DNA from: Actinomycetota bacterium
GTDB lineage: Bacteria; Actinomycetota; Aquicultoria; SURF-47
Direction of reading: 5' to 3'
DNA: 64,000 bases
Assembly (NCBI GenBank): GCA_003599235.1
Contig: QZJE01000013.1
Span: 78,536-142,535, forward strand
Of the stretch, positions 45,452-53,697 are shown in pieces (position 1 is the stretch's first letter; each line of letters begins with the position of its first letter). The position numbers were made by a program, and so were the translations under genes. The notes beneath the pieces were generated by a model. That model saw only the letters and a program-made list of their open reading frames with translations. It did no database searches and was not told the DNA's origin.

Positions 45452-46333
45452 TTATATTCTCGCCAGGTCTTTGCCAATATCACGGTGGCGCACAATAACA
45501 TCATATTTCTTCTTCTTAAGAAAAGCTACCGTTTCATTTGCTAAGCAAACAGAGCGATGAGCACCACCGGTACATCCGATAGCGATGCTAAGATGCGTTT
45601 TGCCTTCCTTAAAATAATTGGGCACTAAGAAATCGATTAATGGCATAAATCTTTTTATAAAAACTTTAGTTTCCTTGCGGCCTAAAACAAAATCCTTAAC
45701 TTTTTTATTTTCTCCAGTTAGATGGCTTAACCCTTTAATGTAGTGGGGGTTGGGCAAGAAACGAACATCTATTACCAAATCGGAATCTGTGGGAATGCCG
45801 TATTTATAGCCAAATGAAAGGATTGAGATTATCAAACCCTTTTGCTCTTGGCCGCGCAAAAACTGGGATCGGATTTCACCTTTTAACTGATAAGCCTGAA
45901 GGTTAGAAGTGTTAATGATAACATCAGCTTTGCCCCGAAGATCTTGTAAGAGAATTCTTTCTCTTTTAATGCCTTCGCTAATTCTTCCCGCAGCTGATAA
46001 CGGATGTTTGCGCCTGGTTTCTTTAAACCGCTTAACTAGTGTTGCATCATCAGCTTCTAAGAAATATATCTGAAAGAAAATACCCTGTTCTTTTAAGTAA
46101 TCAAGCGATTTAAATAACTCGCTAAAATCCTCACCGGCGCGTACATCGCTAACCAAAGCAATATTTTTAATCTTACTCCCAGGCAAAATAGCCATCTCGG
46201 CCAAACGCGGGATAAGAGTAGGCGGAAGATTATCAATACAGAAGTAGCCCATGTCTTCAAAACTCTTAATAGCCTCTGATTTCCCTGCTCCGCTCATTCC
46301 GGTTAGTAAAACAACCTCTACTTTTTTTGTCAT
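45452..46333 (-). CDS. rapZ: RNase adapter / nucleotide-binding protein RapZ (YvcJ)
   Basis: LTGMSGAGKS, CIDNLP, FLPNPHY and IGCTGGAHRSV motifs. Confidence 0.88.
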   Translation of the reverse strand: MTKKVEVVLLTGMSGAGKSEAIKSFEDMGYFCIDNLPPTLIPRLAEMAILPGSKIKNIALVSDVRAGEDFSELFKSLDYLKEQGIFFQIYFLEADDATLVKRFKETRRKHPLSAAGRISEGIKRERILLQDLRGKADVIINTSNLQAYQLKGEIRSQFLRGQEQKGLIISILSFGYKYGIPTDSDLVIDVRFLPNPHYIKGLSHLTGENKKVKDFVLGRKETKVFIKRFMPLIDFLVPNYFKEGKTHLSIAIGCTGGAHRSVCLANETVAFLKKKKYDVIVRHRDIGKDLARI

Positions 46334-46815
46334 TTGTCTGCCTCCAGCTTAAGGAGTTTTTGCTTCATGCCGGCTGGCCCACTAAAACCACCGATGCTAC
46401 CATCAGCATTAATGACGCGGTGACAAGGAATAAAAACTGGAAGAGGATTTTTACCTAAAGCGTTACCCACTGCTTGATATGATTTACTGCCGATTTTTTG
46501 GGCGATATCGCGATAACTTACTTTTTTGCCGTATCCGACTTTTTTACATGCCTTAAGCACTTTGGATTCAAAATCCGAGAGGTCTTTTAGTTTGATTTTG
46601 ACCTTAAACCTAACTTTTTCTCCCCTAAAATAAGCCATAAGCTGGTTTAGCACGTCAAAGTTCATTTTCTGAGTAGCCTTGGGATAATCATTCATCAACT
46701 TTTTATGCACTGCTTCGCCCTTTTGTGGCAAGTAATGTTTAACCAAGTGGTCGTTTTCAAAAACCACTGCACCCCTTTTTTTATCATAGTCATAAAATGA
46801 AAAATATGTGCTCAT
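46330..46815 (-). CDS. ogt: Methylated-DNA--protein-cysteine methyltransferase
   Basis: Active-site IPCHRVI. YRDIA..IG...YQAVGNALG.NP.P. Confidence 0.85.
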   Translation of the reverse strand: MSTYFSFYDYDKKRGAVVFENDHLVKHYLPQKGEAVHKKLMNDYPKATQKMNFDVLNQLMAYFRGEKVRFKVKIKLKDLSDFESKVLKACKKVGYGKKVSYRDIAQKIGSKSYQAVGNALGKNPLPVFIPCHRVINADGSIGGFSGPAGMKQKLLKLEADK

Positions 46816-46817
46816 AA

Positions 46818-48638
46818 TTATTCGTTGTCCAAGCTTGAAACTTCGTTGTTCGAAATTATTTGTTTGGCTGTCTTTTTTCCAATACCTGGTACTTGCTGCA
46901 ATCTGCCGACTGATAATTTTCTGATATTAGCCAACGAACCGAATTCTTTTAGCAATAATTGTTTACGTTTCTCACCTATGCCAATGATACCATCTAGGGC
47001 CGAAACTGACAGCCTTTTGGAGCGCAATTTCCGGTGATAGGAAACGGCAAAACGATGGGCTTCATCTCTTAGTTGTTGAATCAAGTGAAGAATCCTGGAG
47101 CCGGACTCTAAAACCACCGGGTTTTTGTCTTGAATATATAACTCTTCCTGCTTTTTTGCGATAGCGATAACTGGAATTGATAGAGTATAATCACTTAAGG
47201 CAGACAAAGCAGCGCTTAATTGAGGCTTGCCTCCGTCTACAATAATCACATCGGGTTTTTCCTTAAAACTACTCTTTTGGCTTTCAACCAGATTCTTTAA
47301 ACGGCGGCTTATCACTTCTTTCATCATGGCAAAATCATTGGGGCCTTGGGTTTTATATATTTTGAAGCGGCGGTATTGGTCTTTAGCGGGCCATCCTTCT
47401 AAGAAAACCACCATCGAACCCACCGCGTCAGTGCCGCCAATATTGGAAATATCAAAGCACTCTATTCGTTGAGGTATTGGTATCCCTAATAAATCGCTTA
47501 GCTCTTTTAACATCTCTAAAGTTCTTTGCGCTTCTACGTTTAGTTTCTTTTTATTCATCTCTAAAAAATGCGACGCGTTAGTATTAGCTAGTTCTACCAG
47601 ACGTTTCTTCTTCCCTCTTTGAGGCACTACAATCTTAGTTGCCATCTTCGTTTGCTCTCTTAGCCAATTAGCAAATATATCTTGTTCAGAAATTGCTTGA
47701 GGTAAAATAACATTTTTAGGAATAAATCCTGCCCGGCTATAGTATTGCTTTAGAAAAGAAGCCAGAGTATCTTCTTCTAAGCCTTTCTTAACAAAGAAAT
47801 CATTAGTATCGATTAACTTGCCACCTCTGATATTGAAAATCTCAACGCTAAACAAGTCTTCATCTATCGCTATTCCGATAATATCTTGGTCCTCGCCATT
47901 GTCACTGACCATTTTTTGTTTATCCATCATCTTTTTAGCAGCAATAATACGGTTTCTAATGCGAGCTGCTTTTTCAAACTCCATATCGTTAGAGGCAGTC
48001 TGCATTTGTGCAGTTAGGCTGGCGATGACCTTTTGAGGCTTTCCTTCTAAAAAATCAATCACTTGTTTTATGACCTGACCGTATAGCCCTTCATCAACTT
48101 TGCCGGTGCAAGGGCCAAGACAGCGCTCGATATGATAGTTTAGGCATGGGTAGCCTGTCTTTTTACCAGGTTTCAGTGTTTTGCAGGTACGAACGGTAAA
48201 AATACGGCGAATGGTATCAAGGGTTGCTCGAAGCGCCCGGACACTGGTATATGGACCATAGTACTTAACACCTTTTTTATGCGTATCCCTGGTAATCATC
48301 ACCCGGGGAAACTTATCTGCTAAAGTAATGGCTAGATACGGATAGCTTTTGCCGTCTTTGAACATAATGTTATATGGCGGCTGATTTTTCTTAATAAGAT
48401 TGTTCTCTAATATTAGGGCTTCGACTTCGTTGTCAGTGATAATGAAATCAACATCGGCAGCTTTGGACACCATTTCAGCTGTCTTTCTATCAAGTAACCT
48501 GGAAAAATAAGATGAAACCCTTTTTGAGATATTTTTTGCCTTGCCAACATAGAGTATCTCGCCTCTACCATTCTTGAATATATATACCCCTGCCTTTTCG
48601 GGAGCAATTTTAGCCTTAAACCTAAGCTTTGATTCCAT
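46818..48638 (-). CDS. uvrC: Excinuclease ABC subunit C
   Basis: GIY-YIG (GVYIFKN..GEILYVGKAKN), UVR domain, RNase H-like endonuclease domain and C-terminal (HhH)2 (VPGIGKKTAKQI). MESKLRF at 48638 is preferred over the ORF-track start at 48677. Confidence 0.9.
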   Translation of the reverse strand: MESKLRFKAKIAPEKAGVYIFKNGRGEILYVGKAKNISKRVSSYFSRLLDRKTAEMVSKAADVDFIITDNEVEALILENNLIKKNQPPYNIMFKDGKSYPYLAITLADKFPRVMITRDTHKKGVKYYGPYTSVRALRATLDTIRRIFTVRTCKTLKPGKKTGYPCLNYHIERCLGPCTGKVDEGLYGQVIKQVIDFLEGKPQKVIASLTAQMQTASNDMEFEKAARIRNRIIAAKKMMDKQKMVSDNGEDQDIIGIAIDEDLFSVEIFNIRGGKLIDTNDFFVKKGLEEDTLASFLKQYYSRAGFIPKNVILPQAISEQDIFANWLREQTKMATKIVVPQRGKKKRLVELANTNASHFLEMNKKKLNVEAQRTLEMLKELSDLLGIPIPQRIECFDISNIGGTDAVGSMVVFLEGWPAKDQYRRFKIYKTQGPNDFAMMKEVISRRLKNLVESQKSSFKEKPDVIIVDGGKPQLSAALSALSDYTLSIPVIAIAKKQEELYIQDKNPVVLESGSRILHLIQQLRDEAHRFAVSYHRKLRSKRLSVSALDGIIGIGEKRKQLLLKEFGSLANIRKLSVGRLQQVPGIGKKTAKQIISNNEVSSLDNE

Positions 48639-48727
48639 ATCAAAAATTATATCAATGAAAGCTATGGTTATCAGCAAACAAGCTTAGACCGGACAGGATA
48701 TTGGTAAAGCATAGAACCGATAGGTGC

Positions 48728-48756
48728 TTGACCATGCGCTTATAGTAGTGTAGGAT
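48728..48756 (+). promoter_or_regulatory. Putative promoter of the small basic lipoprotein gene
   Basis: TTGACC (48728-48733), 17-nt spacer, TAGGAT (48751-48756). Strong RBS GAAGGAGGTG before the ATG at 48801. Confidence 0.35.
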
Positions 48757-48800
48757 ATTAATACTAAGCTATTAATCGCTTTCTTGAAGGAGGTGAAAAC

Positions 48801-49154
48801 ATGAAAAAGCTGATTAGTGTTTTATTAATCTCTGTTTTTTTATTAGCAGCTTGCGCTTCTGTTACTTCTGCTTACGGCAAAACCCTAAAAGCTACTATGC
48901 CATACAAAAAAAATAGTGGAGTAGTAGTAACACAGTACTGGAAAATGCTGTCGCCTAAAACAGGTAGGTATATATGGGTTCTTATGTCAAAGAGAGCTAT
49001 GAGGTGGTACAAAACAACTAACATTGCTTATTTCCCACGCTGCTCTAAGGGACAGACTTATAGGTTTGTCTACAGACCTAAAACTACCCGTAGACTTCGT
49101 TCTGTAGTTACTAAATGGAATGGAAGAAGTATTGTTAGGTTACCTGGATACTAA
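48801..49154 (+). CDS. Small hyper-basic lipoprotein (stand-alone copy of the basic tail-like module)
   Basis: 117 aa with lipobox LLAAC. The mature part is rich in K/R/Y/W (RWYKTTNIAYFPRCSKGQTYRFVYRPKTTRRLRSVV) and resembles the tails of the 594-aa and 736-aa secreted proteins. Confidence 0.6.
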   Translation: MKKLISVLLISVFLLAACASVTSAYGKTLKATMPYKKNSGVVVTQYWKMLSPKTGRYIWVLMSKRAMRWYKTTNIAYFPRCSKGQTYRFVYRPKTTRRLRSVVTKWNGRSIVRLPGY

Positions 49155-49173
49155 TACCAATCCAAAGCATGAC

Positions 49174-49212
49174 AAAAAAATAAAGCCTTCTAAAAGAGGC
49201 TTTATTTTTTTG
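49174..49212. terminator. Bidirectional intrinsic terminator
   Basis: A-run, stem AAAGCCT/AGGCTTT (49182-49188 / 49197-49203), T-run. Lies between convergent genes. Confidence 0.65.
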
Positions 49213-49227
49213 TCTAAGACCTTAGCG

Positions 49228-52200
49228 CTACCTTACAACCAACCAATTACCAGCTATATTATGCTGGTTGTTACAGGCTAGGTCAGTAGCATAGATAAAG
49301 TAACGGTAGGCGCCTTTTCTTAATCTAGCCCTGTACTTGTAATCACTAAGCTTGTTGATGTTTTTTACTCTTAAGTTTAGGATTTTAACGGTCTTCCAAA
49401 CTTTTTTAGCCTTTTTCTTACGGTCTTTTTTAATAATGACCTTTACAATTTTTTTAATTTTTATGGTCACCCTTGCTTTATTATCTGTATAAGGGTCAAT
49501 TACTTTGTATTTTAAAGTGGCTATCTTGCCTTTCTTAACTACTACTTTCTTAAGTGCTCTAGTCCTTGGCTTGGAGTTATCTATTTTGATAATAAAGGTT
49601 GAGGGTTCGCTCCAGTTGCCGTTATTGTCAACTGCTCTTAGGCTGAAATACCACGTTCCGTTACCTAAGCCATTGAATCCTTTAAATATTTCGATACCTT
49701 CGCTTACAGTATCAGCAACACTAAAGGGCGACTTACTTAGGCTATAGCTATAGCCGGCAATTCCTGAAACATCATCAGCAGAGAACAATACAGTAGGATT
49801 GTTATCTTTATAATATCCCGTGTTTGAGAAATGATTAGGACAAGCTATTTTGATATTAGCTGGCGGTTGATTGTCTACTGTATTATTAACTGGATGATTA
49901 TCAACTGGTGGATCTTCCTTAGGAAGCTCTTCTGGTTCTGGTTCAGGCGTAGGAGGAGTAACTTCTCCTTGATACTCATAAGCACCGATGTCTGGAGTAC
50001 CAACTCTAGCATTGCCGTCTTTGTCGGTTGCTGAAGCACCATCTGAGGTGCCTGCATTGATGGCAGGAGAGGTTGCTTGGAGATGGAAATCGTGGTTTGC
50101 ATAATTAGTAAGCTGAGGATCAATTCCTACTTTGCCATGAGCTTCCGGTGGTTGATTCCAAGTTTTCGTAGGATAAGCTAGGTTATAGTCTGCTTGAGCT
50201 GGAATTGAGTTATCTGTATAGGTCCAGCTGCCGCTTTGATAAAAAAGATTATTCTTAATAACCGTTCCAGTCGTTTCCATTCCATTTTGAGCTCTTGTAA
50301 TAATCGAGCCAAAATTCATGTCTATAAAAGTATTATTTAAAAAAGACAGGTTTTGACCAGCCATTAAGTAAAAACCATAAGAACCACATTTTTCAAATAT
50401 ATTATTCTTGATTACTACATTGCTTACAGGTCCACGGTAATTACCGCTTAGCATCATTATCTGATGGCCAATATTGTAAACATAATTGCCCTCGATAAGA
50501 ACATTATCGACCTTGTCAAATGTTTGGAAAGCATCCGTATGTGCAGTTGGTGGTACCTCTGATAAAAGAATGTCATGAATGTAATTGCTTCTAATGATTA
50601 GATTCTTACCAAAAAATCTCAAACCATCTTCATTAAGAGGATGAGAAATATCGTTATCTTCTACTAAGATATCGTAGCCGTGTATCTCTATCCCTTGGCC
50701 ACCGGCATAAGTAATCGTATTGCCCTTAATAATCGAGCCATAAATAGGCGAGATTGTTCCGTAGTCTTGACCAAAAATTGCTTGATACGCAAACCTTATG
50801 CCTGTGGCATTTGTGAAAGTATGGTGAATATAATTATTAATAATCTCTGAGTGACTACTTTGGACCCAAATACCTGACCCATCTCTCCAGTGGTTTAAGG
50901 TATTGGTTATTTCAAAACCCTCAACCCTAATATAGTCTTTTAATAGCGTAAATCCCTTGGTAACTACCACATCATTCTGATAGTTTTTGAAGGTAATTTT
51001 TGACCCTTCAGTGCCGGAATTGGCTGGTATTATGCGCTCATCATAGTTACCTTCTTTGACATAAACAGTATCCCCAGCCTGAACTGTGTTGGCGGCTTTC
51101 TGGATAGTTAAAAAAGGGCTGGTCTCAGAGCCATCATTGCTATCTGAACCGGTCTTGGCTACATAATAGTTTTTCGGCAAGCCTACCTTTATCTGCCTGG
51201 ATAAAACAGCCGACTCATTGCCGGCCGCATCCTTGGCTTTTACTTCAAAGGTGTAACTGCCTCTAGGCAGGCTTGCCAAAACTGCTTTTCCTTGGGTTTG
51301 CCAACTTGACCAAGAATTATTTTGGCCAACTAACCGGTATGAATAAAGTATGCTATTGGCTGTAGTCTCTGCTCTGGTTGAAAGGGAAACATCGTCTGTT
51401 CCGTACCAGCGCATTGTTACATCACTATTATCGGTGGCCAATGTAGCTGTGGGAAAGGTTGCAAGTGATATATCGGGTGCTTGGACATCTGCAGTAGCAG
51501 CTACTCCTTGAATGCTGCTTGTTAATTGGCTGCTATTTATACCTACTCCTTCTAAATACAGTGGAGACCGACCAAAAGTTATTTCTACGCTGTTACCGTT
51601 GACTACTTTGCTTACTTCATTGCCCATTAAGTCATAAGCTTTGATGTTTTCAGAAGATAAATTAAGAGTAATTTTTCGCTTAGAATTATCGTCAGTGCTC
51701 GGATAAATTATCATAAGCGGTGTGGCCAACCGGTTAAAGAGGTAAGCTTTAACATTTGTTCCTAAGTTAACCTCCCCTTGGCCAACTGAACCATCAAAAA
51801 GCTTAGCAAGTACGCTGTAAGCCACTCCTTTTGGCCTCAGAGTCCCATCGTATTCAAAAAGAGAATAAGATATCAAAAAATCTGGAGAAGTTGTATTTCT
51901 GGCATCGTAATAAAAATATTTCTTAAAGCCGGCACCAATACTTTCAGCAAAGTTTTGCACTTGCCATTCGGTTCTTTTACGGTAATCCCTGCCCCAGTCA
52001 GATGGCCTGGCATAGCTAATATCTAAGTTCTCCCACAAAAGAGATTGATAAAAGGTGTCGGTTCTAGCCCCGGTTTCCGAGTTCCAGGCATCTTTATTAG
52101 AGCTGCTTGCTAAACTTAAATAACCTGGTGTGTGTGAGCTGTTCATCGGAGGATAACGGTGAGAAGACCATATATCAGCATAGTTATTGCCAATCGTGTC

Positions 52201-53691
52201 TAGGACGCTTTGGACATAGTTAGTGTAGTAGGCCACCATTCCAACGATGTGAGTATCAGGGTCAGCTCTTTTGGCAGCATCATGGGCTGTTTGCAGTATT
52301 TTAGCGTAATACTGAGGATAGCTTCCTAGCCCACCTTCAGTATCTGGTTCGTTCCAAATCTCCCAGTAATCGACATTATTTTTGTAGTGGTTAACTACTT
52401 GATAGACATAATCATCCCACTTAGCCAAGAAGCCATTAAATGATTCATCGTCCCACTGACTTACATCGCTAGTACCTTTAGGCAGGGCCCAGGTGGGAAT
52501 GTGGGCAACTTCCGAACCGATAGTTCCCATTATTTTCATTCCATATTGTGCCGGCTTTGCTACTTTAGAATCTTGCCAAACAAAGCTATTGTCTGTTGGC
52601 TCGACGTAATACCATCTGAACATTTCTTGGCCGGTACTTAAGCTCCTATTCCATTTAACGCCAACTTTTTGCATCTGGGCTAGCCAGTAATCATAAAAAG
52701 GAACATGGGAACCAAAGATCGAGTTTTCATTGACAGCAGCAGTTTGAGACCTGGGAATTACCGAGTAATTAACCTCTTCTATGGTATCAGGATATCCTTC
52801 TAGCCACAGGATAGCCCTAAAAGCCCCTCGTTTGTTCGGACTTAAATCAAGGTTAGTTGTTGTTAGTGATTGGCCCGCTAAAGAAGAGTTTAGTTCTCCG
52901 GATTTAATTTTTTTATTGTAATAATCATATACTTCGTATTTTGTCTTAACTTCAACTGCTTGACTGTTGTTATAATGAAACAGTTGCATAGAGGCGGCTT
53001 CATCCTCGTAAAATAGATTACCGTCGTGAGAAGAAGATAAGCCAAGTTCGACATCTGAGGACGGATTGTAATCGCTTAAGGAACCTTCTTCTAACCGCAC
53101 AGCGTCTACCCAAACACTTTTGCCAGGGTAACCTTGGTGCTGGGGAATTATTTCAACTTGATACGTTGCTTCGGGATCAGCCACCAGATTACCCGACAAC
53201 GAATATCGTTGCCAGTCGGTTGTTAGATTAAAGCTTGCTTCTTTGTAGTCAAAGCTTCCATCCGCCTGGTTAGTGTTTTCTAGCCTAACTCTTATAGCTC
53301 CATTATTAAGATTGGATTTCATATATAAGGATAAGGTGTGATCTGTGCTGGACCTAACCTTATATATTTTCGAGATTAGTTTCTGGGCATTGTAGTTAGT
53401 ATCGTAGGGAAGCTTTACGCTTTTAGTGCCATGGACAGCCGTTGTGCCATCTATCATAGTTGAAGAAAGCGGAAATTGAACGTTTCCTGAGAGTCCCCAG
53501 CCGTGGCCAGTTCCTACCTCAAAGCTGGAATTTTCTATTAGATTAGGTTTTGAGCCCTCAGCCACTGATTGTTTGATAAAAAAAGTCGATAATGACTGGG
53601 TTAGCAAAGAGCCGATTAAAAGGATGCAGATAATAGCTACTGCTAAGTGGATTTCCTTTATTGTATTTCGCTTTTCAATCATAGAAAACAC
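49228..53691 (-). CDS. Giant secreted multidomain carbohydrate-active protein (1487 aa): CBM4_9-like, GH clan-A-like barrel, Y_Y_Y-like, right-handed beta-helix, Ig-like, hyper-basic C-terminal module
   Basis: GTG start 6 nt after the upstream giant gene. Signal anchor. NLIENSSFE..G..GW (CBM4_9-like). DYWEIWNEPD and AWNSETG (clan GH-A acid/base and nucleophile patterns). YYVAKTGSDSNDGSETSPFLTIQKAA ... DKDGNARVGTPDIGAYEYQG (beta-helix cassette). Pro-rich linker. GYSYSL...GTWYFSLRAVDNNGNWS. The tail is about one third K/R by my count. Confidence 0.8.
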   Translation of the reverse strand: MFSMIEKRNTIKEIHLAVAIICILLIGSLLTQSLSTFFIKQSVAEGSKPNLIENSSFEVGTGHGWGLSGNVQFPLSSTMIDGTTAVHGTKSVKLPYDTNYNAQKLISKIYKVRSSTDHTLSLYMKSNLNNGAIRVRLENTNQADGSFDYKEASFNLTTDWQRYSLSGNLVADPEATYQVEIIPQHQGYPGKSVWVDAVRLEEGSLSDYNPSSDVELGLSSSHDGNLFYEDEAASMQLFHYNNSQAVEVKTKYEVYDYYNKKIKSGELNSSLAGQSLTTTNLDLSPNKRGAFRAILWLEGYPDTIEEVNYSVIPRSQTAAVNENSIFGSHVPFYDYWLAQMQKVGVKWNRSLSTGQEMFRWYYVEPTDNSFVWQDSKVAKPAQYGMKIMGTIGSEVAHIPTWALPKGTSDVSQWDDESFNGFLAKWDDYVYQVVNHYKNNVDYWEIWNEPDTEGGLGSYPQYYAKILQTAHDAAKRADPDTHIVGMVAYYTNYVQSVLDTIGNNYADIWSSHRYPPMNSSHTPGYLSLASSSNKDAWNSETGARTDTFYQSLLWENLDISYARPSDWGRDYRKRTEWQVQNFAESIGAGFKKYFYYDARNTTSPDFLISYSLFEYDGTLRPKGVAYSVLAKLFDGSVGQGEVNLGTNVKAYLFNRLATPLMIIYPSTDDNSKRKITLNLSSENIKAYDLMGNEVSKVVNGNSVEITFGRSPLYLEGVGINSSQLTSSIQGVAATADVQAPDISLATFPTATLATDNSDVTMRWYGTDDVSLSTRAETTANSILYSYRLVGQNNSWSSWQTQGKAVLASLPRGSYTFEVKAKDAAGNESAVLSRQIKVGLPKNYYVAKTGSDSNDGSETSPFLTIQKAANTVQAGDTVYVKEGNYDERIIPANSGTEGSKITFKNYQNDVVVTKGFTLLKDYIRVEGFEITNTLNHWRDGSGIWVQSSHSEIINNYIHHTFTNATGIRFAYQAIFGQDYGTISPIYGSIIKGNTITYAGGQGIEIHGYDILVEDNDISHPLNEDGLRFFGKNLIIRSNYIHDILLSEVPPTAHTDAFQTFDKVDNVLIEGNYVYNIGHQIMMLSGNYRGPVSNVVIKNNIFEKCGSYGFYLMAGQNLSFLNNTFIDMNFGSIITRAQNGMETTGTVIKNNLFYQSGSWTYTDNSIPAQADYNLAYPTKTWNQPPEAHGKVGIDPQLTNYANHDFHLQATSPAINAGTSDGASATDKDGNARVGTPDIGAYEYQGEVTPPTPEPEPEELPKEDPPVDNHPVNNTVDNQPPANIKIACPNHFSNTGYYKDNNPTVLFSADDVSGIAGYSYSLSKSPFSVADTVSEGIEIFKGFNGLGNGTWYFSLRAVDNNGNWSEPSTFIIKIDNSKPRTRALKKVVVKKGKIATLKYKVIDPYTDNKARVTIKIKKIVKVIIKKDRKKKAKKVWKTVKILNLRVKNINKLSDYKYRARLRKGAYRYFIYATDLACNNQHNIAGNWLVVR

Positions 53692-53697
53692 TTTTTT

